Both the position numbers and the translations under genes were made by a program. Source: a virus. From it: DNA of 64,000 nt. A model generated the notes under the pieces. The model searched no databases, was not told where the DNA came from, and saw only the letters and a list, made by a program, of their open reading frames with translations. The stretch is from the IMG/VR virus record IMGVR_UViG_3300037067_026753; one strand, 5' to 3'. This document shows positions 8,938 through 19,297 of the stretch, piece after piece. Numbering within the stretch: the stretch's first letter is position 1; each line of letters begins with the position of its first letter.

Positions 8938-9756
8938 ATGGAAACTTTTTCTGATAATGGCCTAATTGTTTCAAGAAAAGACAATGTTACGACATTATCT
9001 TCTGAAACCGACTCTAGTTTTACAAAAAAAATCAAAACAAAAATCTATATGCCTGATGAATATACTCGAGCTTATAATGAAGTCTTGTCAGGAGAAGACG
9101 TAATCGTTCTGGGTATGAATGGATTCTCAACTATTACTCCAGAACGTTGTTCTGAATGGGGAATACAATTTGGAGCTTATGAAGCTGCTTGTGAATTTCT
9201 TCTTTCTCATGCAATTGAAAAATTACAACATTATTTCAGAGGTATTAGTATTAGACTTGCCAATGGAGCCTCAGATATTGGTGTTGATCTCGCTATAAAT
9301 AACACTGCTAAAAAATTTGGATTACCATTGCTTGGACACAGTTGTCCCAAGTATTTAAAATATGTCAGGGAAGATATTGACATTCCTATATACGTGGCTC
9401 AAAATCAAGAAAGATACTCTAATGCTTTCACAGATTCATTAGATATTCTTATTACAGCAAATGGTGGTGAAGTTACTTTCAAAGCTGATATTGATGCAGC
9501 TTTCAATAAAGCAAAACATGTAATCCCAATTGATATATTGAGTAGCATTTCGACTACTGGTGGTCCACCTGCTTTTGACAAAAATGGAAAAGTGCTTGAC
9601 GCAGTAAAAGCTTTTAACGAAAGAGTACACATTATTGCAATGCAAATAAATAATGCAGGAGCAGACCAATGGGAAACTATAGTCGATAACTGCGAAAAAA
9701 TAATAACATCAATAAGCCGCAAAAAACTATCCGCAAAAAGAGCATTCAGAATCTAA
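8938..9756 (+). CDS. Rossmann-like protein, tentatively LOG/DprA (SLOG)-like
   Basis: IRLANGASDIGVDLAINNTAKKFGLPLLGH and ITANGGEVTF resemble the G-rich nucleotide-binding loops of LOG/DprA-type folds. The family assignment is tentative. Confidence 0.4.
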   Translation: METFSDNGLIVSRKDNVTTLSSETDSSFTKKIKTKIYMPDEYTRAYNEVLSGEDVIVLGMNGFSTITPERCSEWGIQFGAYEAACEFLLSHAIEKLQHYFRGISIRLANGASDIGVDLAINNTAKKFGLPLLGHSCPKYLKYVREDIDIPIYVAQNQERYSNAFTDSLDILITANGGEVTFKADIDAAFNKAKHVIPIDILSSISTTGGPPAFDKNGKVLDAVKAFNERVHIIAMQINNAGADQWETIVDNCEKIITSISRKKLSAKRAFRI

Positions 9757-9891
9757 ATGCAAACATTACAAGATCTCTATAATTCTATCCCAAAATTTAC
9801 TTGTACACCAGGTTGCAATCTATGCTGTGGCCCTACACCATGCAATACTATTGAACAACAAATTCTTAACATACAACAACCTATATTGCCA
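9757..9891 (+). CDS. second small CxxCxxCC protein (44 aa)
   Basis: CTPGCNLCCGP motif. Abuts the stop of the previous gene. Not in the ORF track because it is under 60 aa. Confidence 0.35.
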
Positions 9892-10305
9892 TAAATTTAT
9901 AGAATCAAAACCTTTAGCCTTTATTGTCTCTACAACTTGTTTAATAAATTCTTTTACAGCTTTAAATGATTGATAAGTCTCATCCCTTGAAAGATCTTTA
10001 TACTTGTTTATGATCATAAACTTATCAATTTGAGCAACAAGATCAGCATTTTCTTTACTAAATTGTTCTTTCTTTTTCCCAAACTCCTTATGGTATCCTA
10101 TAAATTTTTCTTTAAACCCTTCAGGTAAATCTTTATTGCCCTTTATCATGTCAATGACATCCATGTAGGGTACATGTCTATTAACAATAAATTCAGCATA
10201 AATAGCTTTTACATCTTTGTCGTTCTTGACAAATTTTTCAAATTCAATTCGTGTTTTTTCGGATGCAAAAGCAACAACTTCACGTACTATTTTTTCATAA
10301 TTCAT
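9820..10305 (-). CDS. hypothetical protein
   Basis: Intact 161-aa ORF, K/E-rich. Confidence 0.45.
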   Translation of the reverse strand: MNYEKIVREVVAFASEKTRIEFEKFVKNDKDVKAIYAEFIVNRHVPYMDVIDMIKGNKDLPEGFKEKFIGYHKEFGKKKEQFSKENADLVAQIDKFMIINKYKDLSRDETYQSFKAVKEFIKQVVETIKAKGFDSINLWQYRLLYVKNLLFNSIAWCRATA

Positions 10306-10512
10306 ATCTATTTCCTTTTCATAAACTTACACGTATAAAAACTCTATAAAAATTCTATTTCATGTGATTTCTAATATAATTAGACATGAAGTGTAGACGT
10401 TGCAATCATGATATTGGTGATATTCTATGGCATGGTTGGGAATTATGCGACCATTGCGGCTATCGATTCCATGTAGAAACACAACAGAGCCCAGATGATA
10501 AGGAATTAAAAC

Positions 10513-10737
10513 ATGAAAACAACACAAACAAACTTGCTCATTGCTAATGAAGTTTCATCAGAAACAATTTCTCTCATACGTTCTTTTCTGTACGAAACTG
10601 CCATTGTCAATAATGCTACACAAATTATGGTTCACAGCAAAGACGCAAACAGTATAAACAGAACTCATTTCAATGCAGAACTCAAAAAAATTATAGATCC
10701 TGCCTACAATGGTTATTATTTTTTTACTATGTATTAA
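10513..10737 (+). CDS. hypothetical small protein
   Basis: ORF only. Confidence 0.3.
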   Translation: MKTTQTNLLIANEVSSETISLIRSFLYETAIVNNATQIMVHSKDANSINRTHFNAELKKIIDPAYNGYYFFTMY

Positions 10738-11065
10738 AAATATGGCAACCCTATCAATTATCTACGATTTTCATACTATGATAACAGTATGCAATAGCCC
10801 CCTCACCGGGTCGGCTGAGCATATCGGAACTTTGTTTTGGGGATGCATCTCCATTCAAGTAGTACAATATGCGAAGCAGGGTTTACCGTCCGTTAGAGTG
10901 ACGCGTCAACGCTCTACTGAAATCACGTTCGAACCGTGGCGGTGGGGCTACAGCATACTCGACATATCCATGCTACAATCAGCGCGGGCACCACGGGCCA
11001 AACAAAACAAAGCCCATAAGGTGATTACATAGACACACCCAACACCATTCTAAAGGGTATCTATT

Positions 11066-11278
11066 ATGCTATCGAAAATCAAACAAATTTGCATTCAATT
11101 CCCAAAGTGCCCATGCAAACCCCCTATTTGCTCAACTTATCCACATCGAACAGTTTATCCGTGCCAAACAGCTAAACTTACTTGTCCCTTATGGCAAACT
11201 GAATGTCTTGTAGACAGTAACCCAGATTCATGGGATCTGGTCACCATACAATCAATCGTAGAAAAATATCATGATTAA
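11066..11278 (+). CDS. Cys/Pro-rich small protein
   Basis: CIQFPKCPCKPPICSTYPH...CPLWQTEC. Confidence 0.35.
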   Translation: MLSKIKQICIQFPKCPCKPPICSTYPHRTVYPCQTAKLTCPLWQTECLVDSNPDSWDLVTIQSIVEKYHD

Positions 11279-11355
11279 ATCATTCTTGATCAAACTGTGC
11301 ATCTATTGCGGCAATACAAACCGTAACAGAAGCTTTTGGGTGTGTCTGTCGTTTT

Positions 11356-12051
11356 TTGTTGTCTCATTCATCATACGATTTGTCATATCAAATACTTTCA
11401 CAATCGGGCTGCATATCGCATGCATTAGTATCTTTGTTATACAATATGTATCCATGCTCACTTATGACACCTTTGACAAAAAATCCAAATATGCTTCATA
11501 AAGCTATCATAACAGCATACAGAGAAAAAACACATTTTTATTTCTCTTGCTTTATCTTTGTTTATAAAACCAGCATGACGCATAAAAAAGACAATTTTCT
11601 CAGTTTTAAAGACATAAAAACAACATGTATGCTGTTTAAAAAATACCATCGTCTCAAAATAGCGATACGTAATCACTATTTCATAGTACATATTTACAAT
11701 AATCCCAAAGACTTGATATCCTTCGTCGATAAATATGAAGGCAAACCCAGAACAGCAAAAGCAAGCAAATTAAGCGGTGCATACCTTGTCAATATAAGCA
11801 ATAATAAGAAAATAGGCACCATAGCGCTTACATTTCAAGCTCTAGCACACCCATTAATCATACACGAATGTAGTCATGCAGCTCTATCCTACCACTCCAC
11901 CATATTCAATAAAAACGACAAACCTACTATCAATACGAGTAAACAAGAAGAATTTTTCTGTGACCTTGTCAGTTTCTTATATGCTGAAATAACTAACTAT
12001 ACTACGAATTCATATAGAACGCTCAATACGCGTGTCGGTAAAATAATATGA
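11356..12051 (+). CDS. HExxH zinc-metallopeptidase-like protein, possibly ImmA/IrrE-type (true start may be the internal Met near 11575)
   Basis: ALAHPLIIHECSHAALSYH contains HExxH plus a downstream His, as in ImmA/IrrE-type peptidases. The 5' part of the ORF may be non-coding. Confidence 0.45.
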   Translation: MLSHSSYDLSYQILSQSGCISHALVSLLYNMYPCSLMTPLTKNPNMLHKAIITAYREKTHFYFSCFIFVYKTSMTHKKDNFLSFKDIKTTCMLFKKYHRLKIAIRNHYFIVHIYNNPKDLISFVDKYEGKPRTAKASKLSGAYLVNISNNKKIGTIALTFQALAHPLIIHECSHAALSYHSTIFNKNDKPTINTSKQEEFFCDLVSFLYAEITNYTTNSYRTLNTRVGKII

Positions 12052-12225
12052 AAATTGGTAGTAACATAATAAACTTACGACATTAAGGAAAATTATGGAA
12101 GAATTAATTGAAGCTCTACAGATTTTATTAAAATATGGGTGTCCTCAATTCCCAACACATTGTGAACATGACACTTTATGTAGACATAAATCCTGATCTA
12201 GTAAACGCTGATGATCTGAGTAGAC

Positions 12226-13242
12226 TTGAACAACTACATTTTTCACCAGATAGTGACAATCCCATGTTCAAATCAACAAATTTTGGGAGCTGCTAAACAT
12301 ACAGGAGACACTTTGTTAATCAATTTTATAATATTACTTGCTGGCATAGCTATTGCTGGGCTTGGTGGCGACATTTTCGTACGGGGCGCTGTAGGACTTG
12401 GACGCTGGGCACGTATTTCACCTGCTATAATAGGTGTTACAATTGCTGCTTTTGCTACATCAAGCCCAGAACTATCTGTCGCAATCAATTCAGCTCTTTC
12501 TGGTACACCTCAAATCTCTCTTGGTGACTGCCTCGGCAGCAATGTCGTCAACATAGCTTTAATACTTGCTATTGCTCTTTTAATCTCAAACATAAAAACG
12601 ACAAGAGAAAGCATTAAACGTGATTTTCCTGTTGCATTATTCATACCTTTACTTACACTCTTGCTTTTCATTGACAATAATTTCTCGCGTCTTGACGGTA
12701 TCATCACTATATCTATTTTCTTAACCTGGCTTATTTTTACAATACTCCATATCATCAAACATAAAAAACAGCAAGCACAGATTTCTACTTTACATCCAGG
12801 ACTCATTTTGCTTTTCTGTACGCTTGGGCTTATATTACTCATTACAGCTGGCAAATGTATAGTTCATGGTGCAAGCAATATAGCAGCTACATTCGGTATT
12901 AGTTCGTTCATCATAGGTGCAACTATTGTTGCTGTTGGCACATCAGTACCAGAACTTGCTACAACTATTATTTCAAAATTACGGGGCCACGACGATATAA
13001 GCTTAGGCACTATTATCGGCAGTAACATATTCAACGGCTCGTTCATCATACCACTTGCTGCTATTATTAACCCTATCAATCAACCTGTAACTTCAATCAT
13101 TGTACCACTTGCTTTCAGCACGCTTTGTCTATTTACCTGCTACCCTACACGCTCGGGCACCATAACAAAACAACAAGGCGTAATTTTGCTAGGCATTTAC
13201 ATAATCTATATCGTTCTTGTACTTACTGGAGTATCTAAATGA
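12226..13242 (+). CDS. CaCA-family Na+/Ca2+ antiporter (YrbG-like)
   Basis: About 10 TM segments with two alpha-repeat motifs, GTSSPELSVAI and GTSVPELATTIIS. Confidence 0.7.
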   Translation: MNNYIFHQIVTIPCSNQQILGAAKHTGDTLLINFIILLAGIAIAGLGGDIFVRGAVGLGRWARISPAIIGVTIAAFATSSPELSVAINSALSGTPQISLGDCLGSNVVNIALILAIALLISNIKTTRESIKRDFPVALFIPLLTLLLFIDNNFSRLDGIITISIFLTWLIFTILHIIKHKKQQAQISTLHPGLILLFCTLGLILLITAGKCIVHGASNIAATFGISSFIIGATIVAVGTSVPELATTIISKLRGHDDISLGTIIGSNIFNGSFIIPLAAIINPINQPVTSIIVPLAFSTLCLFTCYPTRSGTITKQQGVILLGIYIIYIVLVLTGVSK

Positions 13243-13757
13243 ACACTATCAAAATTATTACACAATCCAGCTCACTACCTGATCTGCCTTACAACAAACA
13301 ACACATAATTCACTCTATACAAGACTTAAATGCTTCATTACCTGATAAAAACATAGTTCCGCTCCTGTTTCAAGACCACTGGAACCCGTTTAACATTTTA
13401 ACAACGCTTAATATAGACAATACGCCCTTGTTAGCTACTCGATACACTTGTCCACTCAACCCAAATAATATCTACTACGGCATTACGCCAGTTTTTATTT
13501 TCTCTGAAAACATATCTAAATATGCAATAAACTCATTACCTAATTATATCTTTGACACCACAGATCCATCTATATACACTTACACAAAAATATATAGCCC
13601 AAAAACTAATAATCTAAGTCCTTTTATAAAAACTTACTTGGGCACTGGTTATTCAACACACCCGACTAAACGTAATGATTATACTGTTGTGCTTGCAAAC
13701 CTGCAACTAACAAATGAAGACTATATACTTGCAGTTACGCTGAGTAGAAAGGAGTAA
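13239..13757 (+). CDS. hypothetical protein
   Basis: Start overlaps the antiporter stop. Confidence 0.4.
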   Translation: MNTIKIITQSSSLPDLPYNKQHIIHSIQDLNASLPDKNIVPLLFQDHWNPFNILTTLNIDNTPLLATRYTCPLNPNNIYYGITPVFIFSENISKYAINSLPNYIFDTTDPSIYTYTKIYSPKTNNLSPFIKTYLGTGYSTHPTKRNDYTVVLANLQLTNEDYILAVTLSRKE

Positions 13758-13758
13758 T

Positions 13759-14010
13759 ATGTCTGATAATATCATGTTTAAATTAAATTCTTTTGATGAT
13801 TTGAAACAATTACCAGAAGCCAATGTCACAAAATTTATAGACGGCCCAATGCAAGGTCAGATTGCTGGCATAAAAATCAAACTGCTTGAACGTAATTGCT
13901 GGTACGGCGAACCAAAAGTTGCATGGGACAAAAAGGATTTTTGCGAAAAAATAGTAGTTTGGCAAAATTTACCAACATTACCAAGCGTCAAAAAGCAATG
14001 CTCAGAGTAA
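13759..14010 (+). CDS. hypothetical small protein
   Basis: ORF immediately after the previous stop. Confidence 0.35.
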   Translation: MSDNIMFKLNSFDDLKQLPEANVTKFIDGPMQGQIAGIKIKLLERNCWYGEPKVAWDKKDFCEKIVVWQNLPTLPSVKKQCSE

Positions 14011-14026
14011 CACTAAATTACTCATA

Positions 14027-15790
14027 CTATTTCTTCATATCAGGTAATGCAAGACCACTATAAAATCTTCTTATGTCTGAAACTATAAAATCTAAATCAG
14101 AATTTCCAGCAATAGACAAATTATAAAAATTTACTCCAGGTTTGTCAGGATTTATAGGAATTTTTCTTGCAGTACTTATTGTTCTTTTAACTGGTTCTGT
14201 TTGTAGATTTGGCGGTAATGCAAGATCTTCAGCTACAAAATAAATATCAAATATTTGTCCAGAAGAAAGTTGTTTGATTTGAGCATAAGTCTCTATATCA
14301 GAAGCTGAAAAACTACCTGAATGTACATGTTCATCATAAGCATCAGTTCCTGCTCTAACTTGTTGTGACGTTGGTGCTACAGATTTTTCAGGCAATACTA
14401 CATAATAAACAACACATTGTTCATCTAATTTTATAAGAAAATTTGCGTTTTGCATTGTAACAGAATCTTGCTTAGGATAACCAAATGCCCAATTTGGTTC
14501 ATCTATATCAGGCACCACTATTGTTTCATTGTCAGTCTCATTATCACTATTATGTATAACAAGAATTTGTTCGCCTATTGGAGTATTTTCACCCTGTTGC
14601 AATATGATTTCCGTATCTGTTACGCTTTCAATTATAAAAGCCGTTCCTCCAATAGTTCCTGTTGGATCTGTTAATTCTGGTATAAAACCACTCCCGGTCA
14701 CTTTCCATTTTTTCGAACCTAATGATACCACAGATAATATTATAGGTTGTACAGTAACTATCCAGTATGTCGATTGATTAAACCAATTGTTATACCTCCA
14801 CACAATCTCATTTTCTGTTTCTGCTCTGTCAAGGATAACACGAGTTTCATCAAGAACACCAATAAATGACATACCAGTAAGACCGAACTGAAAAGCTTGT
14901 CCGGGATTATTTGGGTATATAGAAGAGACGTCCGCTGTAAATGTTCCATTAATTCGGACACCATCTATAAAAACCTTAAATCGTTTATTATTTTGAATTG
15001 TATGATCATCATCTACTTGAGTCAAATCACCAACAACATCAATCAAAAACCAATTATCGTTTGTAATAATACCCGTTAAGTCTACTACAAAAGCAAAATT
15101 CAAAGCATCGAAAGTAAACACGCATGTAGAGATGTTCGTCATAAAAATACGAAATCCCGTGCCATGAACAGCCCAACAACTTAATGAATCTGCTGTTGTT
15201 TTTTTCATCAACATCTTAACAGAAAATTTTGTTTTTCCATCAATAGGTATTCCAACAGGTTCATTGAAGGTTGCTATGCTGGAAGTACTATCGAACCCAA
15301 GACCTCTATCGATCTTTCCAGCTTTATCATATGACACACTAACACCATGAGAATGAGGAACGCCATCAATATTACCAGCGCACCTATTCATTAAATTTGG
15401 TCCTGAAGCTTCCATATAACCATTAGAAGCAACATGACCTGTAGATGTAAATACCGAAGTAGAATTGTCTTTAGATAAACTTGCACCAGCTTGTAAATAA
15501 TAAAACCGATTCTGTTGTGCTGAACCTAAAAACCATAATGAACCTGCTGGAGTAGAAATATTATAGTTTGTATCGATATATCTTGAAACTTCTAATCCTG
15601 TAATGCTATCAACAACCCCAATTTTTTCGGCTGTGGAAGCAATAGTCTTCCATAAATCAAATTTTGTGCTAGACAAATCTGAAACACTAAACAACTGATC
15701 AATACTATTTATAACAACAGGAATAAAATCATTATTTGGAGTCAATTTAATAACTCTTTCAGTCTCAGGTAACAATGGTATAGAACTCAT
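14027..15790 (-). CDS. large LamG (concanavalin-like) domain protein with an Ig/IPT-like segment; surface or adhesin-like
   Basis: FIGVLDETRVILDRA matches the LamG hallmark (…G.LDE.R.…). Downstream beta-rich, IPT-like stretch. Confidence 0.5.
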   Translation of the reverse strand: MSSIPLLPETERVIKLTPNNDFIPVVINSIDQLFSVSDLSSTKFDLWKTIASTAEKIGVVDSITGLEVSRYIDTNYNISTPAGSLWFLGSAQQNRFYYLQAGASLSKDNSTSVFTSTGHVASNGYMEASGPNLMNRCAGNIDGVPHSHGVSVSYDKAGKIDRGLGFDSTSSIATFNEPVGIPIDGKTKFSVKMLMKKTTADSLSCWAVHGTGFRIFMTNISTCVFTFDALNFAFVVDLTGIITNDNWFLIDVVGDLTQVDDDHTIQNNKRFKVFIDGVRINGTFTADVSSIYPNNPGQAFQFGLTGMSFIGVLDETRVILDRAETENEIVWRYNNWFNQSTYWIVTVQPIILSVVSLGSKKWKVTGSGFIPELTDPTGTIGGTAFIIESVTDTEIILQQGENTPIGEQILVIHNSDNETDNETIVVPDIDEPNWAFGYPKQDSVTMQNANFLIKLDEQCVVYYVVLPEKSVAPTSQQVRAGTDAYDEHVHSGSFSASDIETYAQIKQLSSGQIFDIYFVAEDLALPPNLQTEPVKRTISTARKIPINPDKPGVNFYNLSIAGNSDLDFIVSDIRRFYSGLALPDMKK

Positions 15791-15854
15791 AAAGACCTCC
15801 TTTTTACTTAAAAATTATAAAAACTTTACAACTATTAAATTGGCAACATTAAAA

Positions 15855-15876
15855 ACATTCCTCGATATCTAAAATC
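15855..15876 (+). promoter_or_regulatory. leaderless-type promoter: CTCGATATC, 7 nt, then ATG
   Basis: Top-strand copy of the GATAT core 7 nt before the ATG of 15877..16218. Confidence 0.4.
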
Positions 15877-16218
15877 ATGATTACCGACCTGACAATCGAC
15901 ACTTCTTCTGATTTAGACAAATTTATTGCTCTCTACAACAGAGTTGGCATCAAACCCGAATTAGAAAAACACGAGCATGGTACTAACCTTATGCTTTCTG
16001 TTCCTAATATAGTTTCCAAACGCTCGAAAATACAAGGCCATGCAGGGTTCTACACCATTCTATACTTTGACATAAATGGCAAATTCAAATATCAAGAAAT
16101 CAAAGAACCAGCTACCAACAAAGTCGCTCTTTATGATGCTTTTGTTGCGGGACGCAGTTCTATACATATGTCATATCCTGATTCAGTTGCATTCGATAAA
16201 TGGTGTCATCATGCATAG
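15877..16218 (+). CDS. hypothetical protein
   Basis: Intact ORF. Confidence 0.45.
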   Translation: MITDLTIDTSSDLDKFIALYNRVGIKPELEKHEHGTNLMLSVPNIVSKRSKIQGHAGFYTILYFDINGKFKYQEIKEPATNKVALYDAFVAGRSSIHMSYPDSVAFDKWCHHA

Positions 16219-16983
16219 CAATACTATGCAAGTCACACCCTTGGCAACTCTTTCAATTAGCATCGATTTAAGCTGCTATGTTAAACTATGACCTGCTCCC
16301 AGACCATATCATTGCACGTATGGTAGTCATTATCGGCCAACCAGGCAAACACATCAAACAATTGGTGCGCCACCATACAGGGCACACTATAACCATAGCT
16401 CCTAAGTACTATAAACGGATTTTCAACAAAGCCCGTAGCCACCTTAAAGCGCACCACTACATAGTCATTGACACCTGGCCCAAATTACTAACAGAACGTG
16501 TTTAAACACTATGCAAATCACGCCCCTAATTTTAAAACAACAAGGGTTTATCCCGACTACCTTAAAAAACATATACTCAAAAAGAGTACACGAACTCATT
16601 TTTCTCGAATTCGATATGAATGATTGCTTTATAACTATTGTCAGAATGCTCGAAATACCGAAAGCAAGACGGGACAACATCTGTGACAGGCACAAAATAG
16701 TGTTCCCTCAAAAAATAGACACAATTTCAAAACTCAATCAAGTTGTAGCTGTTTTTACTGGTAATTGGTAACTTATGCAAACACAGTTGCTCAAAGTAAT
16801 TGCTAATCGGTTTGCTATTATTATGTGGTAGACTTTCATGTCCAGTCTGGTGGCTCATTACATTTGAAGACGAAGAAATCAAAAAATTAGCCATTGATCT
16901 CTATACAAGACATAAGCTAGAAATAGATATTGGTGTTGCAACATTACTTGCAAAACGTTTTGTACGAGAAGGAGAATAATTAT

Positions 16984-17235
16984 ATGCGTAAAATCTATTT
17001 ACTCATTACAATTGCATTGCTTATAGCCTGCACAGACCCTAAAGGCACCATACAAATACTTACTAAACAGGGTTACAAAAATATAACCATTACAGGCTAC
17101 AGGCCTTTCTCATGCTGGAAAAATGACCTAGCTACAGGGTTCACAGCCACAGACTCCAATGGCTTTTATGTCACTGGCTGCAATTGCTACAATGTCCTAA
17201 CTGGCTCACGTATCAAAATAGACAAACACAAATAA
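16984..17235 (+). CDS. small lipoprotein
   Basis: Signal peptide with lipobox LIAC. SD gaaggagaa precedes the ATG at 16984. Confidence 0.5.
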   Translation: MRKIYLLITIALLIACTDPKGTIQILTKQGYKNITITGYRPFSCWKNDLATGFTATDSNGFYVTGCNCYNVLTGSRIKIDKHK

Positions 17236-17320
17236 GGCCTAATTAACACTAAAAATTACAATTACAAAAAATTAATTATTTACTGTGTTTATCATAACAC
17301 ACCCCTAAAAAGGAGTTGTT

Positions 17321-17911
17321 ATGCATAAACATGCGGCCCATTGTACTATTTGCAACATACTTGGCAACACAAACATAAACGTGCGACATACACGTGCCCA
17401 AACTAAACAAGGAGGCAATGACGACATGCTCGCACAACTAAAAACACTACTACCCAACAACACCACTGTCACACCATCAATCAACGATTCTTACAAAATC
17501 GACTTTGACAGCCTTATTACCATTGACAAACACCTCAAAACACTACAACAAAAACTACCAGACTACACAGTACGCCACGTACCTAGCACGCTCTATGTCG
17601 TTGTAGAACCCAAAATAAAACAAGAAACAATTAACCTGCCATTCGAACTCACAACTGCACATGGCCACCTTGATACTGAAACCCTACGCAAAATACAAAA
17701 ACACTTGTATGACACGTCAACAAACAAAGCAGACTTGCACAAAAATGTGCTCCACTACTTCAAACACATACCTAACCTACGCGAATCCTTTGAACACTTT
17801 ATCATAACTAAACAACCCGCAAACAAACACACACCCGAAAGACTAGTTGATCATTTTATTTGGGACATATCAAAACTAGAAACAAACAAAAAAAAGAAAA
17901 AGTTTGAATAG
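17321..17911 (+). CDS. hypothetical protein
   Basis: SD aaaaggag. The coding strand is A/C-rich. Confidence 0.45.
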   Translation: MHKHAAHCTICNILGNTNINVRHTRAQTKQGGNDDMLAQLKTLLPNNTTVTPSINDSYKIDFDSLITIDKHLKTLQQKLPDYTVRHVPSTLYVVVEPKIKQETINLPFELTTAHGHLDTETLRKIQKHLYDTSTNKADLHKNVLHYFKHIPNLRESFEHFIITKQPANKHTPERLVDHFIWDISKLETNKKKKKFE

Positions 17912-17943
17912 TAATGCTCCTCGATATATAAAGTAAAAACATA

Positions 17944-18093
17944 ACCCTAACAACTCTATCAACCCAATCATCTTGAACCGCAAAGACAAGTAAGCTATCC
18001 CTATCAATTTTCTTAAGGTCTCTGCTTAATAGAATCACCCTATCAACTCTTTCAACCCAATCAAACTGAGCCAACTTGAACCCTCTGCTTAGG
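17944..18093. repeat. imperfect tandem direct repeats at the left edge of the island
   Basis: Three copies of CCCTA(A/T)CAA(C/T)T(C/T)T, plus two copies each of CAACCCAATCA..CTTGAACC and TCTGCTTA(A/G). Confidence 0.6.
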
Positions 18094-18213
18094 CGACTCG
18101 CTACGGGGGCCCTGGTACCCCCTCGAGTATACCTCCCTATACCTGCACCAGAAGGTATCTAGAAGGCCCTCTAGCATGCCTGTCTAGAGGGGGTATATAG
18201 ACCATAGGTAGGG

Positions 18214-18438
18214 TTATTCAAATGTGCCTGCCGGGGTTATAGTATTTATAACTGTGATTTCCTGGTTCTTGTTTTTGGTGGGAGCATCGAAAGAAACCGT
18301 GGTGATGTTGATTCCTTTTTTTGCCAGGGCATTGAGGATTTTGGCAATTCTTTTGGTGAAGGTGGCTTGAGTTTCTTCATCGGTTTTGATTAGGTTGACT
18401 TGCATTTGCTCTCCTTTGTTTGTTGTTGAATTGTGCAT
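18214..18438 (-). CDS. cassette gene, hypothetical (74 aa)
   Basis: Preceded by the element GCGATATAACT...AAAAGGAGAG. Confidence 0.5.
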   Translation of the reverse strand: MHNSTTNKGEQMQVNLIKTDEETQATFTKRIAKILNALAKKGINITTVSFDAPTKNKNQEITVINTITPAGTFE

Positions 18439-18477
18439 AAACTCTCCTTTTGTTGTACAAGAGTTATATCGCTTGTT

Positions 18478-18723
18478 TTACTTGTACCTGCCAATTAGCT
18501 GGTCGTAGATTTGTACTGCTTCATAGAGCCCAATGTTTGTGGCAGTGCGCAAGCTTTTGACAAATTCGAGTTTCGTTGGAGCTGGGGTTGACATTAACCA
18601 GTCATCGGCATATTTTCTGGCTTCGTCGAAAGTGTATGTTATCTTGAGTTTTTTCAAGATGTCATCGTCCGGGTATCTTGTCAAAAGAGTGTGATGTTGT
18701 TCCGAAGTTAAAATGACGTACAT
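18478..18723 (-). CDS. cassette gene, hypothetical (start MYVILT)
   Basis: Promoter/SD element at 18725-18790. Confidence 0.5.
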   Translation of the reverse strand: MYVILTSEQHHTLLTRYPDDDILKKLKITYTFDEARKYADDWLMSTPAPTKLEFVKSLRTATNIGLYEAVQIYDQLIGRYK

Positions 18724-18859
18724 AAACTCTCCTTTTTGTTGATAGTAAGTATATCGCAAGTAAGGAGAGACACTGCCCGCAAACCGACTAGCATAAAACA
18801 AGTTAGGGCCCATGTAATATATAGGCCCTTGGCTTGCGGTGTGCTAAACCAGGTCGCTG

Positions 18860-19297
18860 TTAGGTGTCGCTGGTTTCGTCATAATGAATGGTGAAGGAGA
18901 TTGTCAGTTTTTTGTCGTCGAATTTGAAGTTGGTGTAGTAGGAGTCCACAAAGCAGTCATCCCTGCCATGGTAGGTGAAATCGAAGTACCGCAAGTCATC
19001 CCAGTATTCCCGGACTGACATGTCTTTGGCAGCGATCTTGACGCCCTCGGACGTCTCATATTCCCGGTGTTCCTCGGTGGGATTGTCGTAGGCATGCTTG
19101 ATTTTGTCGTAGAGTGCCTGGTCACAGCCAAAGGTGATTGTCAAGCCCTCATTTTTGAGATCGCGGAGTTCCGGCAGTTTGTTGGGCAAGCGGTTTTTCC
19201 AGTTTTTGGTTTCGAAAGCTTTAAGGGTGAGGTCGGTGATTACCAATGACTTGAGTTTCTTGGACTTGACCGTGACCGTTTTCTTGCTGATTTCCAT
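18860..19297 (-). CDS. cassette gene, hypothetical (145 aa)
   Basis: Element TTGGCA-N18-GATATAATT...AAAGGAGAGAG upstream. Confidence 0.55.
   Translation of the reverse strand: MEISKKTVTVKSKKLKSLVITDLTLKAFETKNWKNRLPNKLPELRDLKNEGLTITFGCDQALYDKIKHAYDNPTEEHREYETSEGVKIAAKDMSVREYWDDLRYFDFTYHGRDDCFVDSYYTNFKFDDKKLTISFTIHYDETSDT

Noticed and set aside
10790-11030. tmRNA (standard or permuted), RNase P RNA, 4.5S/SRP RNA, 5S rRNA
   Set aside because: A T-arm-like hairpin and a GGGGCT…TCGAC stretch are present. I could not find the matching acceptor 3' strand, a tag-peptide reading frame ending in AA-stop, or the RNase P AGGAAAGTCC and SRP GGAA-tetraloop motifs. Left as an unclassified candidate ncRNA.
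18100-18190. Dense cluster of common 6-bp restriction sites (GGGCCC, GGTACC, CTCGAG, GTATAC, TCTAGA x2, GCATGC) just inside the left island boundary. It looks superficially like a cloning-vector polylinker; CCCCCTCGAG also occurs in pBluescript.
   Set aside because: Site order and spacing do not match any polylinker I can recall. The segment is better explained as overlapping GC palindromes and hairpins (GGGGG..CCCCC, CCCTCTAG..CTAGAGGG) that terminate the minus-strand array. I cannot exclude an assembly or vector artefact without a vector screen.
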